This document shows, piece by piece, positions 1 to 11,698 of a stretch of DNA of 64,000 nt. Positions within the stretch are counted from its first letter, which is position 1. Every line of letters starts with the position of its first letter. The translations under genes were made by a program, and so were the position numbers. The stretch is taken from assembly GCA_951406725.2 (NCBI GenBank), contig OX597817.1:67022001-67086000 (forward strand). Direction: 5' to 3'. The stretch comes from Octopus vulgaris. Taxonomy: Eukaryota. The notes under the pieces are model-generated. The model was given only the letters and a program-made list of their open reading frames with translations. It was not told the DNA's origin and ran no database searches.

Positions 1-680
1 ATTCTACCTAGCTTTTGTCTACTAGGAAAAGTAGTTTTTACAGGGTTTCATGATCTACAGTCTAGTGATCATGAAGAAAACTAAGGATAAATAAATGGCT
101 TGTTTTAGCTATGCAAACCATGTACAGAAGTGCTGTCAGCAAGGTGACTGTTAACATTGAACTCATCAAGAAATTTAGAAAGCAGATTTATTTACATCAG
201 GGCTCAGTCCTCCTCCCTTTTTGTTTGTTATGGTTCTCCAGACCAAAACAGAAGGTTAAGACTAGTTGTCAATGGGAACTTGGTGATCTAGTTCTTATAG
301 GTAAACTGCTCAAACTTGGAAACCATACCCAGAAATGAGAAGCCCCAAAGTAAACATAAAGAAGACGAATCCTAGTTAGTAGGAGAGGAGGCAGGGCTGT
401 ACTGCTAGCAGAAAAATGGACATATTTGATATGCAGAAATGAAGTAGATAGGAATTGTTTCATATGGTGTTCCCTCTGTAAATTGTGGATGCACAAATGG
501 TGTAGTGAAATCACAGGCAGTTGACAAGGAAGGGACACTAATATGTGGCAGATATCTGGAAGTAATTCGTAGCTAAAGAACACATGAAAGGAATTCCTTC
601 AAATGTTTGGAAGGCTCTCTACAAGTAGTTGATAGCATTTGTTATCTGGGTGATTTAATTAGCACCAAAGGTGCTGGTTT
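1..680 (+). mobile_element. Degenerate RTE-type LINE fragment (RT domain and downstream Cys-rich region)
   Basis: Broken frames give QTMYRSAVSKV..HQGSVL..CQWELGDLVLI (RT motifs, YADD region decayed), WCSLCKLWMHKWCSEI and SLQVVDSICYLGDLIS, the domain order typical of RTE-clade ORFs. Confidence 0.8.
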
Positions 681-1629
681 CAAAGGCACCAACTTTATTG
701 CTAACCATCACATTCTCTCTCACATTACTCCTGATATTAATCATACACACTCTTGCCATCACCCATTTCCATTGCTATTCATCACTCTCTCAACTTATTC
801 CCTCTTCAATTGCTGAATCTCCAGTACTCATGCTTCCATCATGCTGACTTCCTCTTCCTTCAATCATGCTTTTTCTATTCAATCTTGTTACCAACAACCA
901 TTATGTAGCAATTTATCTTATTCTCTCTCTCTTCCATTATTATCAAGTCAATTACACTCTCCTCTATCACTGGCTCTCCTCCATCACTCTTCTCATACAA
1001 AGACCTGTCCAACTCATACTATGATGGAAAAACAAACATAAAATGATGATCATGAGTCTTATAGTTAATCTGAAAAAGGTTAGGTTAAGATCATTTAAGT
1101 GAAAGTTCCACACTAACTTCACAAAGTGTAAAAAAAAAAAAAAAGAAGAAAACTGAAAAAAAAAAAAAAGAAAACGATTCTTACAAAATAATTAAGCCAC
1201 ATTTTTATCCTACCACACCAGCACTATTATGAACAATTATATATAGATTTTGTATTATAATAACATATATAATGACCATTGCTTAAGTATTGAGTGTTGC
1301 AGTTCAAGTGGTAAGCTTGAGTTCAATGCCCACTGGTTTCAGTGAAACATTTAAATGGTATCACATGTATTAAAATGACTAATACTAGAGGATACTGGAC
1401 ATAGACAATGAAATGAGAACAATCTACCTGAGTGGTTTGTATAAAGGGTTCAATCTGAAATACTGAGAAGAGTAACAAGGCAGATACCTGAAGAAGATCA
1501 AAGGGTAGAATAGCCAAAACATGACAATAACAAACCGAGATGAGGATATTAGTTTAAAGAAATCTGTGTATAATAATAGGTAGTGTTAGCTAAAAAAGAA
1601 AAGAGAAAGAAAAAAAACTAATAATTTAC

Positions 1630-1736
1630 CTTGTTTCAACAAGGTACACAATATATGTATCTTGCATTTTCATGGATGGTATGGTCCTTTTTTCTGGCTC
1701 TGATACAGTGATTTCCATCCATTGTAGCAAATGAGT
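1630..1736 (-). CDS. SNX4: Sorting nexin-4-like, coding exon 2 (start of PX domain)
   Basis: Minus strand: acceptor ttgttctctttcag, 107-nt exon THLLQWMEITVSEPEKRTIPSMKMQDTYIVYLVET(R), donor AG|gtaaat. Matches from memory the SNX4 PX start (IEISVSEAEKRT..MNMQETYTAYLIETR). Phase 0 start is compatible with exon 1. Confidence 0.88.
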
Positions 1737-1798
1737 CTGAAAGAGAACAAACAGATCAAGACATAAATAAGGGTGAAACAGCAGAATCAAAAGAATCT

Positions 1799-4310
1799 AG
1801 TGATAGTTGTATTGGATTACTGATTTGGTATCCTGATATGTATATAGAACTCACAAAGAAAGCTGGTAGCCATAAAAGGATTTTACTGTTACAGTACTAG
1901 GAAAGTGAGCTGTGTAACTTACAGTTACAAACATTTAACATATGTCCTAAAAGAGTGAAACACAACACTTGGCGGCAAGGATGACAACCAGAATACATTC
2001 AAACTTGAACAACTTGGAAGAAGCTAATGCCTGGCTGATACAGTTTGAAGCAAAAATTGAATGCGATGACATTGAAGATGTTAAAAAGAAACCAACATTT
2101 CTTTCTACCTGGTGGAATTTTGGATCATTCTAAAATAAAATACACTGAAATTGCTGTTCTCACATCCACCATAGAATTGGAAATACTGTATGCGAGTAGT
2201 CAACAAACAATAACAAACTTTAATGTCAACAAGAATATCCCAAGTAGCAGTAATGATGTAGTGAAATGTTGAAATTGTGGGTGTACACACAAAGCTCATG
2301 CATGTCCAACACATGGGAAAAACTGCAATAAATGTGGCAAAATAGGGTATTTTGCAAGATTTTGCCAATCTAGAAACTATTACCATATGGATAACATAAA
2401 TGTATCTGTGAGTAAGACGGGATCTGCCAACAGTTTGTTGCTAAATGAGAGTAGAGATAACATAGGTTTTTGCAAGTGCTTTATAAATAACAGAAGCATA
2501 GATATGAAAGTGGATACTGGGGCAGCTGGTTCTATAGTCCCGTTATATTTGCTTCATAGTTAGGTATCCCAATTGAATCATGCCACAGTAGATTAACCAC
2601 CGTTGATGGTTCAGATCTAAAGGTTGTTGGATCTATCCAAGTGACATTTAATCTCAACAACACCGATGAGTCATGAAAATTTATTGTGGTAGACAGCCTA
2701 TAGTCTTTTGGGCTGATTGGAAAAGATATTAAAGGCAACTCATTTTATTTCAATTATGGTATTTTCTTCTAGGAAAGCAGTTTTGTCTGGAAACATCACC
2801 AGCCTTTAAAAAGCCTGTTTGCAAAGGATTTAGATGTATCTCGACATGCTTGACAAAAATAGCCAGGTGGAGTTTGATCCTATCACAGTACAATTTCGTC
2901 GCTAAGCATGTTCTGAGTAAAAGTATTTCACATGCCGATGCCCTCTATCAGTTGAAGTATGATGAGAATAACAACAGTGATATAATTTTCTTTGCTTCAC
3001 ATTTAAACAAATGTGACAATGCATGGCAGGACATTGATCCCATAATGATGGAAGGCATCCGAAAACAACTAAATACAAAGGCATTATATAACAAAATAAG
3101 AGAAAGAATTTTACAGCAAAATTGGAGATTGGTCTTGAATCTGGAACATGCATTTGTTAAAGAGAAGGATTTTCTAACATGTGAAAATGGCTTAATATAT
3201 TGTAAAAATTGTCAGTTTATTCCAGCACCAGTATTAACTAAAATGCATGACACACGGAAGGGCATTCAACAAACAATAAAGAAAGCATGACTGTGTTAGG
3301 TGGCCTGGATTGGCTTATTTGGTAGAGAAGCTTGTCAAATCTTGTGACTGTTACCAGAGTGAGGCCAAATTTAGTAAAAGCAAATGATTCATGGTCTATT
3401 TCAAGGCCCTGGGAATGTATGCATATGGATTGGGCATATGTTCTAAATATTGGTAATATACTCATAACTGTAGATGCCTATTCAACATGGATCCAGGCAT
3501 TCTTGTGTCCTAATCACTTGACTGAGGTGGTAAAAAGCAAGCAGCTGAATGTCTTTGCTTGTTTTGGTGTACCCCTAGCTTTAGTATCAGACAATGGGCC
3601 TGAATCTGTTGTGTCAAAGAATATGTTGTCATCAATGGGTTGCAGAAAGAGTGAGACACCTGTTGTGAAAGCTGAACTGAAGCATTTTGATCCAAAGACA
3701 GGGAATTTTGGCAACTACTTGAACAAAATTCTGTTCAACCATTGGAGTGCCTCAAGTCATTATAAATTATCACTGGCTGAAAAGTTAATGAAAAGATCAT
3801 TGAGGGTTGCCGTAAACTCATTCTTTGAAATAGGTGAGGACGTGATACACAAAACCATGTTCAACAAGGTTGCAACCAAGGCAAAATGTTTAACACATGT
3901 CGGAAAGAATACTACATGGATTAAGGTGGGTTGCCCACTGCAATTAGTGGCAGTTGAGCAACTGGCTCTGCTAAATAGACAGGAACCAGAACCAGAATTG
4001 AGCACAACACCTGGCACAATGCTGAGTTTGCAAAGATGCCTAACAGTGATGGGTGTGACCATATCAAGTCCCTGGGCTAGGTATGACCCCAATGCCGGAG
4101 TCATTGAAGAAGTAGAGCAGCCTATTATTGACAATGCTAGCTGTCGAAGATTGAACATGAAAATTGCATCAAATCCTCAAATGAGGTGAAGTGCAAGAAT
4201 TGCAGCAGGATATAAAAAGCCAAAATGTTTTGAGGAGGAATAATGTGATAGTTGCATTGGGTTGCTGATTTAGTATCCTAATATATATATGGAACTCTCA
4301 AAGGAAGTTT
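1799..4310 (+). mobile_element. Internally deleted, decayed Ty3/Gypsy LTR retrotransposon in SNX4 intron 1
   Basis: Direct repeats (a/t)gtgatagttg(t/c)attgg..tgattt..tatcct at 1799 and 4244; 5' LTR ends CAACA at 1967; PBS-like TGGCGGCAAGGATG at 1970; purine tract GAGGAGGAA before 4244. Right boundary approximate. Confidence 0.88.
2260..3960 (+). pseudogene. Gypsy gag-pol remnants: zinc knuckles, protease, RNase H end, integrase; RT missing
   Basis: C*NCGCTHKAHACP..CNKCGKIGYFARFC (2267-2365); MKVDTGAAGS (~2504-2533); IARWSLILSQYNF..HADAL; PWECMHMDWA..ITVDAYSTW..FGVPLALVSDNGPE. Stops and frameshifts throughout. Confidence 0.85.
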
Positions 4311-4544
4311 CGTGCAACCATGTGAAAATCATGAGATGAGAGGTGTCTAGTGTGGCTTACAGTGTGTTGCTTACTCATGTTTTTTAACTGAACTGAATTT
4401 TTTCTTTTTAAGTATCACCACTATAGATATTTATACGCTGGTGAAATTAAGAAATCAACCCATAAATAAATGAAACCTTTGAATCCATTACTGTACACAC
4501 ACATACACACAGTTGCATATCTATGTATGTATTTATGTATACTT

Positions 4545-4704
4545 GAAGATAATCAAACCAAATTTCCATCATTTTGAGCCACCCACCCAATGAGTATTTC
4601 TGCCAAATTTGGTGAAAATCTGTTCAGCCATTTTCCAGTAATTTTGTAAACACACAAAGACGAGTGATTACAATACCCTGCTTTCACTTACACGTGTAGG
4701 GTAA
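4545..4704 (+). mobile_element. Possible DINE-1/Helentron-like non-autonomous element end
   Basis: gccaaatttggtgaaaatc.. followed by acacacaaagac and a terminal hairpin taccctgc...gtagggta, an arrangement resembling HINE/DINE-1 3' ends. Confidence 0.35.
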
Positions 4705-4899
4705 GAAGGAAATTACTGACTGTCTGTGTTGGTAAATAATAGATATAAAATGTTTACAAACTAGAGTAAATAAGTTCACTACAAAAAGGAGAAGACTAAT
4801 GTTTCAGGCATGACCATTTGTCATTCCCATGAAAGATTCTGCCCAAAACATTAGAATGTTTCTCTTCCTCAGGACATTATAATTCATTCCACTTAGAGA

Positions 4900-5400
4900 A
4901 CTTTTGGGAATGAGTTTACTGTTAGGAAGAGGAGAGATTTGACAATTTCAGACAGCGCTCTTTATTGGACAACTAATATATTACAAATAATACTAGATTA
5001 AACAGTGTCCTGTAACAGCCATATTGTTCACAAGAGACAGACCAACTCAGAGGACAACAATCGACAGAAGTGTTATTATTAGTGAACAGGAAACAAATGC
5101 AGCACTGCAGTTGAAATGTCAATGCAGAAAGAAAAAACTGATCCAAACAGGCAACACCCTACTGATTTGTGATTTCTGATGCTAACATCGAAGAGATCAG
5201 CCACAAGCATAACAATAGAAACTTACAGGGTTGTTGTTTGGACTGTAACAAACAAAAACTGCCATTAATTGCATATGTTGAAGTGGGAGGGTATTGGTTA
5301 AAATTCCTGTTATATTTGTAAAGTTGTTGTTTTTGTAATGTAGAAAGAATAAATTTTGGCAAGTAATGCAGAGTATGGTATGACAATGTGACAATCAATC
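4900..5400 (-). mobile_element. Possible highly decayed Penelope-like element fragment
   Basis: IVTLSYHTLHYLPKFILSTLQ..FNQYPPTS resembles the PLE linker between RT thumb and GIY-YIG; no catalytic motif retained. Confidence 0.3.
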
Positions 5401-5919
5401 CTTGATTATAAAAGTGGTAAACAATGGCCTTATCAGAGAATGCTTTTAATATTCTTTAGTATAGTTAAAAATTCCCTAAAATTGTTTAGTCACATAATTT
5501 TAACCTGCGGTTTTTGTATATGGAAGATATGACACCCAGAAAGAGAAACTGAGGAAATCTTAATGGTAGATGGAGAAACTGGACCCAATCATGAGTTAGA
5601 CATCAATGTAGTGAGAGCAAGCAGGAACAGAGAGAAGAAATTACTTTGTGATGTTTCATACTCTGCAACAAGCAAAAATGATAATTAATGATGATGGTTA
5701 GAGGGAAAGCTTCTGAAGCTAGCACACAGAAAGGAGGAAATATTCTCAGACAGGGTACTTAATAGAAATACAGTAGATTCCACAAAAGGTACTCAAAAGA
5801 CAGGCAGTAGTATTAAACCATTCAACAGTTTAAATCTATATCTAAGAATGGGTACAGTCCTTTTGATGGGCTTTTATCACAATTTCTGTTTATCAAATTT
5901 CACTAACCAAGTGAAATCA

Positions 5920-6292
5920 TAATTGTGGCCAATGCTGGTGTCATGTAACAGACACCATTGCTTGTGGCATGAAAAAAGCACCCTTTGAACGTTGGGCCTG
6001 ATGGAGGCGATAAGTGGCCAAGACCTTTGGTGATATGCTGTTCTTGACAATGCTCATCAAGTCACATGAAATTGTAGTTGTAGTCAATACCGGTGACATG
6101 TAACTGGTACCTGTGCTAGTGATAGATAAAAAGCACCCATTACACTCTTGGAGTGGTTTGTATTAGGAAGGACATCCAGCCATAGAAACCATGCCAAATC
6201 AGATTGAAATCTGGTGCAGCCCTCCAGCTTGCTAGGTTCAGTCAAACAGTCTGACTCATGCCAGCATGTAAAGCAGATGCTAAATGATGAAT
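5920..6292 (+). mobile_element. RTE-type LINE 3' UTR / tail-sharing short repeat
   Basis: aaaagcaccc..ttaggaaggacatccagcc.tagaaacc..catgccagcatg..taaatgatga tail; the same module recurs at 8075-8250 (+) and 13435-13650 (-). Confidence 0.6.
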
Positions 6293-6369
6293 TTGAGCCG
6301 ATAGTAGAATATGCTTCTCAAGGTACCAAATTCACACTGTGAAATAAAACCTGGAAACAGATAATTACC

Positions 6370-6650
6370 ATCTTTTATTTCAATCATTGGACTGCAGCCA
6401 TGCTGGGGCACTACCTTGAAGGGTTTTAGTTGAACAAATTAGCTTCAGTATTTACTTTTAAAGTCTGCTACTTATTCTATTGGTTTCTTTTGCTAACTGC
6501 TAGGATTCAGGGACATAAACAAACCAACACTGGTTGTCAAGCAGTGAGACAGATAGGCAAGCACACACACCATATATATGATGGGCTTCTTTCAGTTTCC
6601 ATCTACCAAATCCACTTGCAAAGTTTTGGTTGGCCTAGGGCTACAGTAGT
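6370..6650 (-). mobile_element. SINE family B copy (decayed, CpG-depleted)
   Basis: Matches family B blocks (gactgcagccatgctggggcac, gggcttctttcagtttcc.tctaccaaatccac) seen in younger copies at 29870 and 48208. Confidence 0.75.
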
Positions 6651-6693
6651 CCTGAGCACTCAAAATGCAGTTAAATGTACAGATGCATATATA

Positions 6694-7590
6694 TGAGGGG
6701 GGTACCCAAAGGAAACCGGAATTATTTTATTCATTTAGTCTTACATGTTTAGACTTGTGCTGCCTTCAAAGTAATCTCCATTTGAAGCGATGCATTGGTC
6801 CAGATGCATTTTCCACAATTTGAAGCAGTGTGGGAACTCTTGCGAAATGATGCCTTTTAACGTTTCCATCATTTTTTCTTCACTTCTTCCACATCTGCAA
6901 ATTCCATAGCACCAACTTTCACCACTAGTGATGACCTTCGGAAAAAGATCTGGATTAACTTCCAACTGTATTTTCAGTTCACGACATGCATTCAGTTATG
7001 ACTGCTCTTCATCTTCTGTGAGCAAGTGAGGCACAAATTTTGCTGCAACTCTTTTCATTCGCAATTTCTTGCTCAAAATTCGTTGGTAGGAGCTCCAGGA
7101 CACACCAGTCATACCAACAAGTTCAACTGTTCAGTGACAGTTCTCCAAGATCAGTTCATGAATTTTTGTGATTTTTTCATTTGTTTGGGAGGTTGATGGT
7201 TGCCCTGAATAAGGTTGCCCTTCAAGCGACAAATGACAAATGACCATTTCTAAAGCATGCAAACCACTCATAAACTTGTGTTTTGCTCATGGCAGTGGCC
7301 TTGTAAGCTGTTTGAAGTATGACAACTGTTTCAGCCACTGTTTTCCCCAGTAGAAAATAGAATTTCATGGAAGCACACTGTTCTTTCATTTCAGCCATTG
7401 CAAAAATCAACAAACAGCGGAGAAGCACTGCAAAACAAAGATGCACCACATGGCAGCACAATCCAACCACATAACACTGATTGGCAGACTGATGCCTGAG
7501 GGTTGCATCAAGTGGTTTCTAGTGGTGGAAGCCTGAACTACAACATGCTTGTCCTACAGATGTTTCCAGATACTTTTGGGGACCCCCTCA
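6694..7590 (-). mobile_element. Internally deleted mariner DNA transposon
   Basis: TIRs TGAGGGGGGTACCCAAAGGAAACCGGAA and TTCCAGATACTTTTGGGGACCCCCTCA, each flanked by TA. Transposase remnants EQCASMKFYFLLGKTVAET..MSKTQVYEWF, VITSGESWCYG and CIASNGDYFEG. Confidence 0.9.
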
Positions 7591-8286
7591 TATAATGGGC
7601 TTTGTACAGTTTCTCTTTACCAAATTCACCTACAGGGCAATGAGCAGTCAGGGACTATAGTAGAAGACTTGCCTAAGATATTGTACAGTGGGACTGAACT
7701 TGAAACCATATGGTTAGTAGGTGAGCTCAACCTCACAGCAATACTTGCACATATTTGCTTGAGTGTGTGTATATATGTGCATGTGTATGTGTATGCGTGC
7801 ATGTAATTTTTACATGGAAACTGAAAGAAGCCCATCATATATATGGTGTGTGTGCCTGCCTATCTGCTCACTGTTTGACAACCAGTGTTGGTTTGCTTAT
7901 GTCCCTGTGTCCTAGCAGTCAGCAAAAGAAACCAATAGAATAAGCACACAAAGCAGAAACTTCAAAGTAACTATAAACATTTTCTTAAAAAATGTTATTC
8001 TACTGAAAGGTGTTGAGAGACCCTTTAATTTATTTAATGTTTGTGTTTTTTAACTATACCTATACGTATAGTGCTAGGCAAAAAGCACCCACTACACTCT
8101 GTAAAGTGGTTGACGTTAAGAAGGGCATTCAACTGCAGAAATCATAACAAAACAGACAATGGAGCATGGTGCAGCCTCTGGCTTTACCATCTTCTGTCAA
8201 ACTAACTCATGTCAGCATGGAAAACGGATGTTAAATGGGGATGATGATGATACACATATACAAAGATGATGATACACATATACAAA

Positions 8287-8518
8287 GGCGGCGAGCTGGC
8301 AGAAACGTTAGCACGCCGAGCGAAATGCGTAACCCATATTTCATCTGCTGTTACGTTCTGAGTTCAAATTCCGCCGAGGTCCACTTTGCCTTTCATCCTT
8401 TCGGGGTCGATAAAATAAGTACCAGTTACGGACTGGGGTCGATGTAATTGACTGAATCCGTTTGTCTGTCCTTGTTTGTCCTCTCTGTGTTTAGCCCCAT
8501 GTGGGTAGTAAAGAAATA
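8287..8518 (+). mobile_element. Young full-length tRNA-derived SINE, family A, with target-site duplication
   Basis: Head GGCGGCGAGCTGGCAGAAACGTTAGC, B-box-like GAGTTCAAATTCC, core GCCTTTCATCCTTTCGGGGTCGATAAAATAAGTACCAG, tail ..gtgggtagtaaagaaata. 14-bp TSD gatacacatataca at 8271 and 8519. Confidence 0.9.
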
Positions 8519-9984
8519 GATACACATATACACACGATCCCTTTGTTTATATTTTATATCCCGTGATAGATGAACATTTCCTGGATTTTCAGCCTGTGTA
8601 GAATACTTCGAATACACTAGATAATTTTTTTTCCCTTTCTATTCATCCTGTTTGTTAACCAGGATTTTGCATGATGTACTGACTGAGGTGTTTGTTTGGA
8701 TTTCCTGAACCTCTTCTTTTTCTACTATGTATATCAACTTTTTAACATTCATCCTTTCCATACTTGCATGGGTCAGACAGAATTAATTTGTGGAGGCTTT
8801 CTATAATTAAATGCTCTTCCTGTCATCAACCCTCACCTGTTTCCATCTTAGGTAATGAATAAGGTAATAATAAACAGACATGTTTCCATTGAAGATTAGA
8901 AACAGAAGACATAGCTTGCATGACAGTGACACTTGTTTACAGCTATCACTTCAAGTCAAGGCCAGGAGACAATAATACAGATACACACACATATATAAAA
9001 GATAGGCTTCTTTAAGTTTCCATCAACCAAATCTATTTACAAGGCTTTGGTCAGTCCAGGGATATAGAAGAAAACACTTTCTCAAGGTGCCACACAATGG
9101 GAATTAACCTGAAACAGTGTGTTAGAGAAGGAACCTTCTTACCACACATCCATATCTACACACACACACACACATGTGAACATGCACATTCATAATCCAT
9201 GGTGTATTTCTGCAATAATCATTATGCGTGTGCATAAATGTATATCAAAATCTATATGTGTACTGACGTATAAGAAACAAATTTCAAAGGACTTCTTTAT
9301 AATAAGGAACTAAAAGCAAAAAGCAAAGCCAATTCTCAGGTTTTTAACAATTATAAAAAGTGTCAAAAAACAGAAATTAATCGTTAGTCTACTTAAAGCC
9401 AGAACAAGCAAAGGTCAACAGATTGTTGAACTGTGTGGCAGCTTTTAAGTAGCTCTTTTCTTTTTAAGATTAACTACATTAACAGTTCCCAGAAAGAAGA
9501 AGAATGAGTCATTTAGAGAAATTCAAAGGGTTTAATATTCCTATTTAGTACAACTATTCTAATACATTGTTTTATGGCATTTAATAACGGAAGTGTAGTG
9601 GCAGAGAGTTGGAACAGTGCATTAATGATATTTAGTTTTCAATCCTCCACAATCTGAGTTCAAGTCCCACAAGGGTTAAATTCTACCCTTTATTCGTATT
9701 GAGATTGTTGTTGTTGCTTAGCCCCAACACTTATTAAGCAACTATGTTGAAAGGCATTCCAACTGGTTATGACCAGGGATTTTTTTAGATATATTCTGTA
9801 TGTCCAATTCTTTTCCCTTTCTTTTTTAAGACAGAGGGGTACAGTTTAGGGAAGATTTGGTTATTATCTCTAGCAGGTTGATTAAGCATATAGAGACTAC
9901 TTCACTGATGCACAATGGTGTTGACAAAATAAGTACAAGGAATGAACTGGGGCTAAATCAGTCAACTATACACTTCCCTAAGTC

Positions 9985-10290
9985 ATGTAAAAGGCAAAGG
10001 TAATGACATCCTTTGGTCATGAATAACCATGGGATTGTATTCTAGAAAGTTACCCTCCAAGGCATAAGTCCGGACAAGGTTGTTTATGGAAGACCAGCCT
10101 CCCCCTCCTGATGTTATGCAAGGGAAAGGCTGATACAGCTTGGCACCAGTAACATTGCAACTCATTTCTACAGCTGTATGAACTGGAACATTGTGAAATA
10201 AAATGCTTTGCTCAAGAACACAACACATAACCTGGTTTGGAATCAAACTCACTACCTCATGATTGTGTGCCTGACACTAACCACTGCCAT
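9985..10290 (-). mobile_element. Decayed tRNA-derived SINE, family C
   Basis: Minus strand carries gtggttagtg..gagtttgattccaaacc..tgtgttcttgagcaaagcatttt, similar to 47932-48155. Confidence 0.6.
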
Positions 10291-10438
10291 GCAAAGTCAT
10301 GTACCAAAACTGAAAACTCATAAGCATTTAATTATGAATGTATTCCTTGATGCTCTACTTTTAAAATAAATTATTATATAACTAGGTTTTTCTTTTTCTT
10401 TTATATTATAATTTCAGTTTGGTTTTATAAAAAATATA

Positions 10439-11698
10439 TTAGGCTGGCCAAAACATTTGTTCACTTTTTTAAGGAAAATAAGACAAGTTTTAAATATAAA
10501 GTGATTTATTCAATCAATGATATAATTGCTGTTTAGTTTCAGTATCTTCTGCAATCTTGTAGGCAAATCACAAAGAATTTACCTTCTTTACAGGTAAAAG
10601 AATTTCCTTTCTTAATTGGTGAAAAATGTTAATTTGGTGTGACTGGAAGGATATTGCTCAAAGAATTTCCCTTCTTTATTTGTGTAAAACTCTTCCAGGT
10701 GAATTTTAAGATCTTCTTCAGAGCTGAATGCCAGCCTCTTCAATAAATTTTAAAGAGACTGAAATAGGTGTAAATCTGAAAGTGCAAGTTGAGCAAATAT
10801 GGAAGGTGAAGCAAAATTTCCCAGCCAAGTTCCAGTAATGTCAACTGTGTCTGCAAAAAAGTGTGTGATCTAGCAAGTTCTGGATGCTTCTAGGGGATCA
10901 CTGCATTTAATTTATCCAGCTGTTAGTAGGAAGAAGCTTGTAAAAGACAACACCCTTGCAACCCCACCACCAAATTGAAAGCATAACCTTCTTTGGGTGA
11001 AGTCCTGCTTTGGAGGTTGTTTGTGGTGGTTTGCTATGCCTCCCCCCATGATTGTTTGCACTTTACATTATTATAGACATTCCATTTATCATCCCGTCAC
11101 AATTCTCTTAAAAAAAAAAAAGAATTGTTTTCTTCACACTTCTGCAAATGAATCACAGTGGAGCCATGCTCTCATTCAGCTGATGCGGGATCCTGGTAAC
11201 CAAGTTGATGCAGATGATTTTCAACACTGAATCTGGATATTTGGACAATATCTGCAATCATTCTGATTGCATAATGGGAGTTGTTGTCACCTACTCCTTC
11301 ACTTTGTTGCAGTTAATCTCAGTTGGCCAGCCAGTGAGGTGCATCTTGGAAGAGAAAAATTTCCTGATTGAAATCTTGAAAATCATTTCTGGTACATGTT
11401 CCATAACAACATCCTCTTTATACACAGCACATTTCTTGCAGGTTTCCACTGCTCTGCTGCTTTTTTTTATAAAAAAAAGCATAATGTGTTGGTAATGTTT
11501 GTTTTGCTTCTCCATTTTTAGGGTAATTTCAAGTGCACAAAATACAACTTGTCTCATCACAAGTTTGTGTTGAACTACATTAGTGTGTCAGGTATCTACC
11601 AAGTACACATGTGCAAAGGTAAAAAGCAAATGGTGTCAAGTATCTAACAAATATGCATGTGCAAAGGACAAAAAAGCAAACTTTTTGACCAACCCAGT
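10439..11698 (-). mobile_element. Decayed mariner (Mos1/Hsmar-like) transposon
   Basis: TIRs TTAGGCTGGCCAAAACATTTG and GCAAACTTTTTGACCAACCCAG with TA flanks. N-terminal MEKQNKHYQHIMLFFIKK..CAVYKEDV and a LGWEILLHLPY remnant of the PYSPDL region. Two ~50-bp tandem copies at 11585-11680. Confidence 0.85.
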
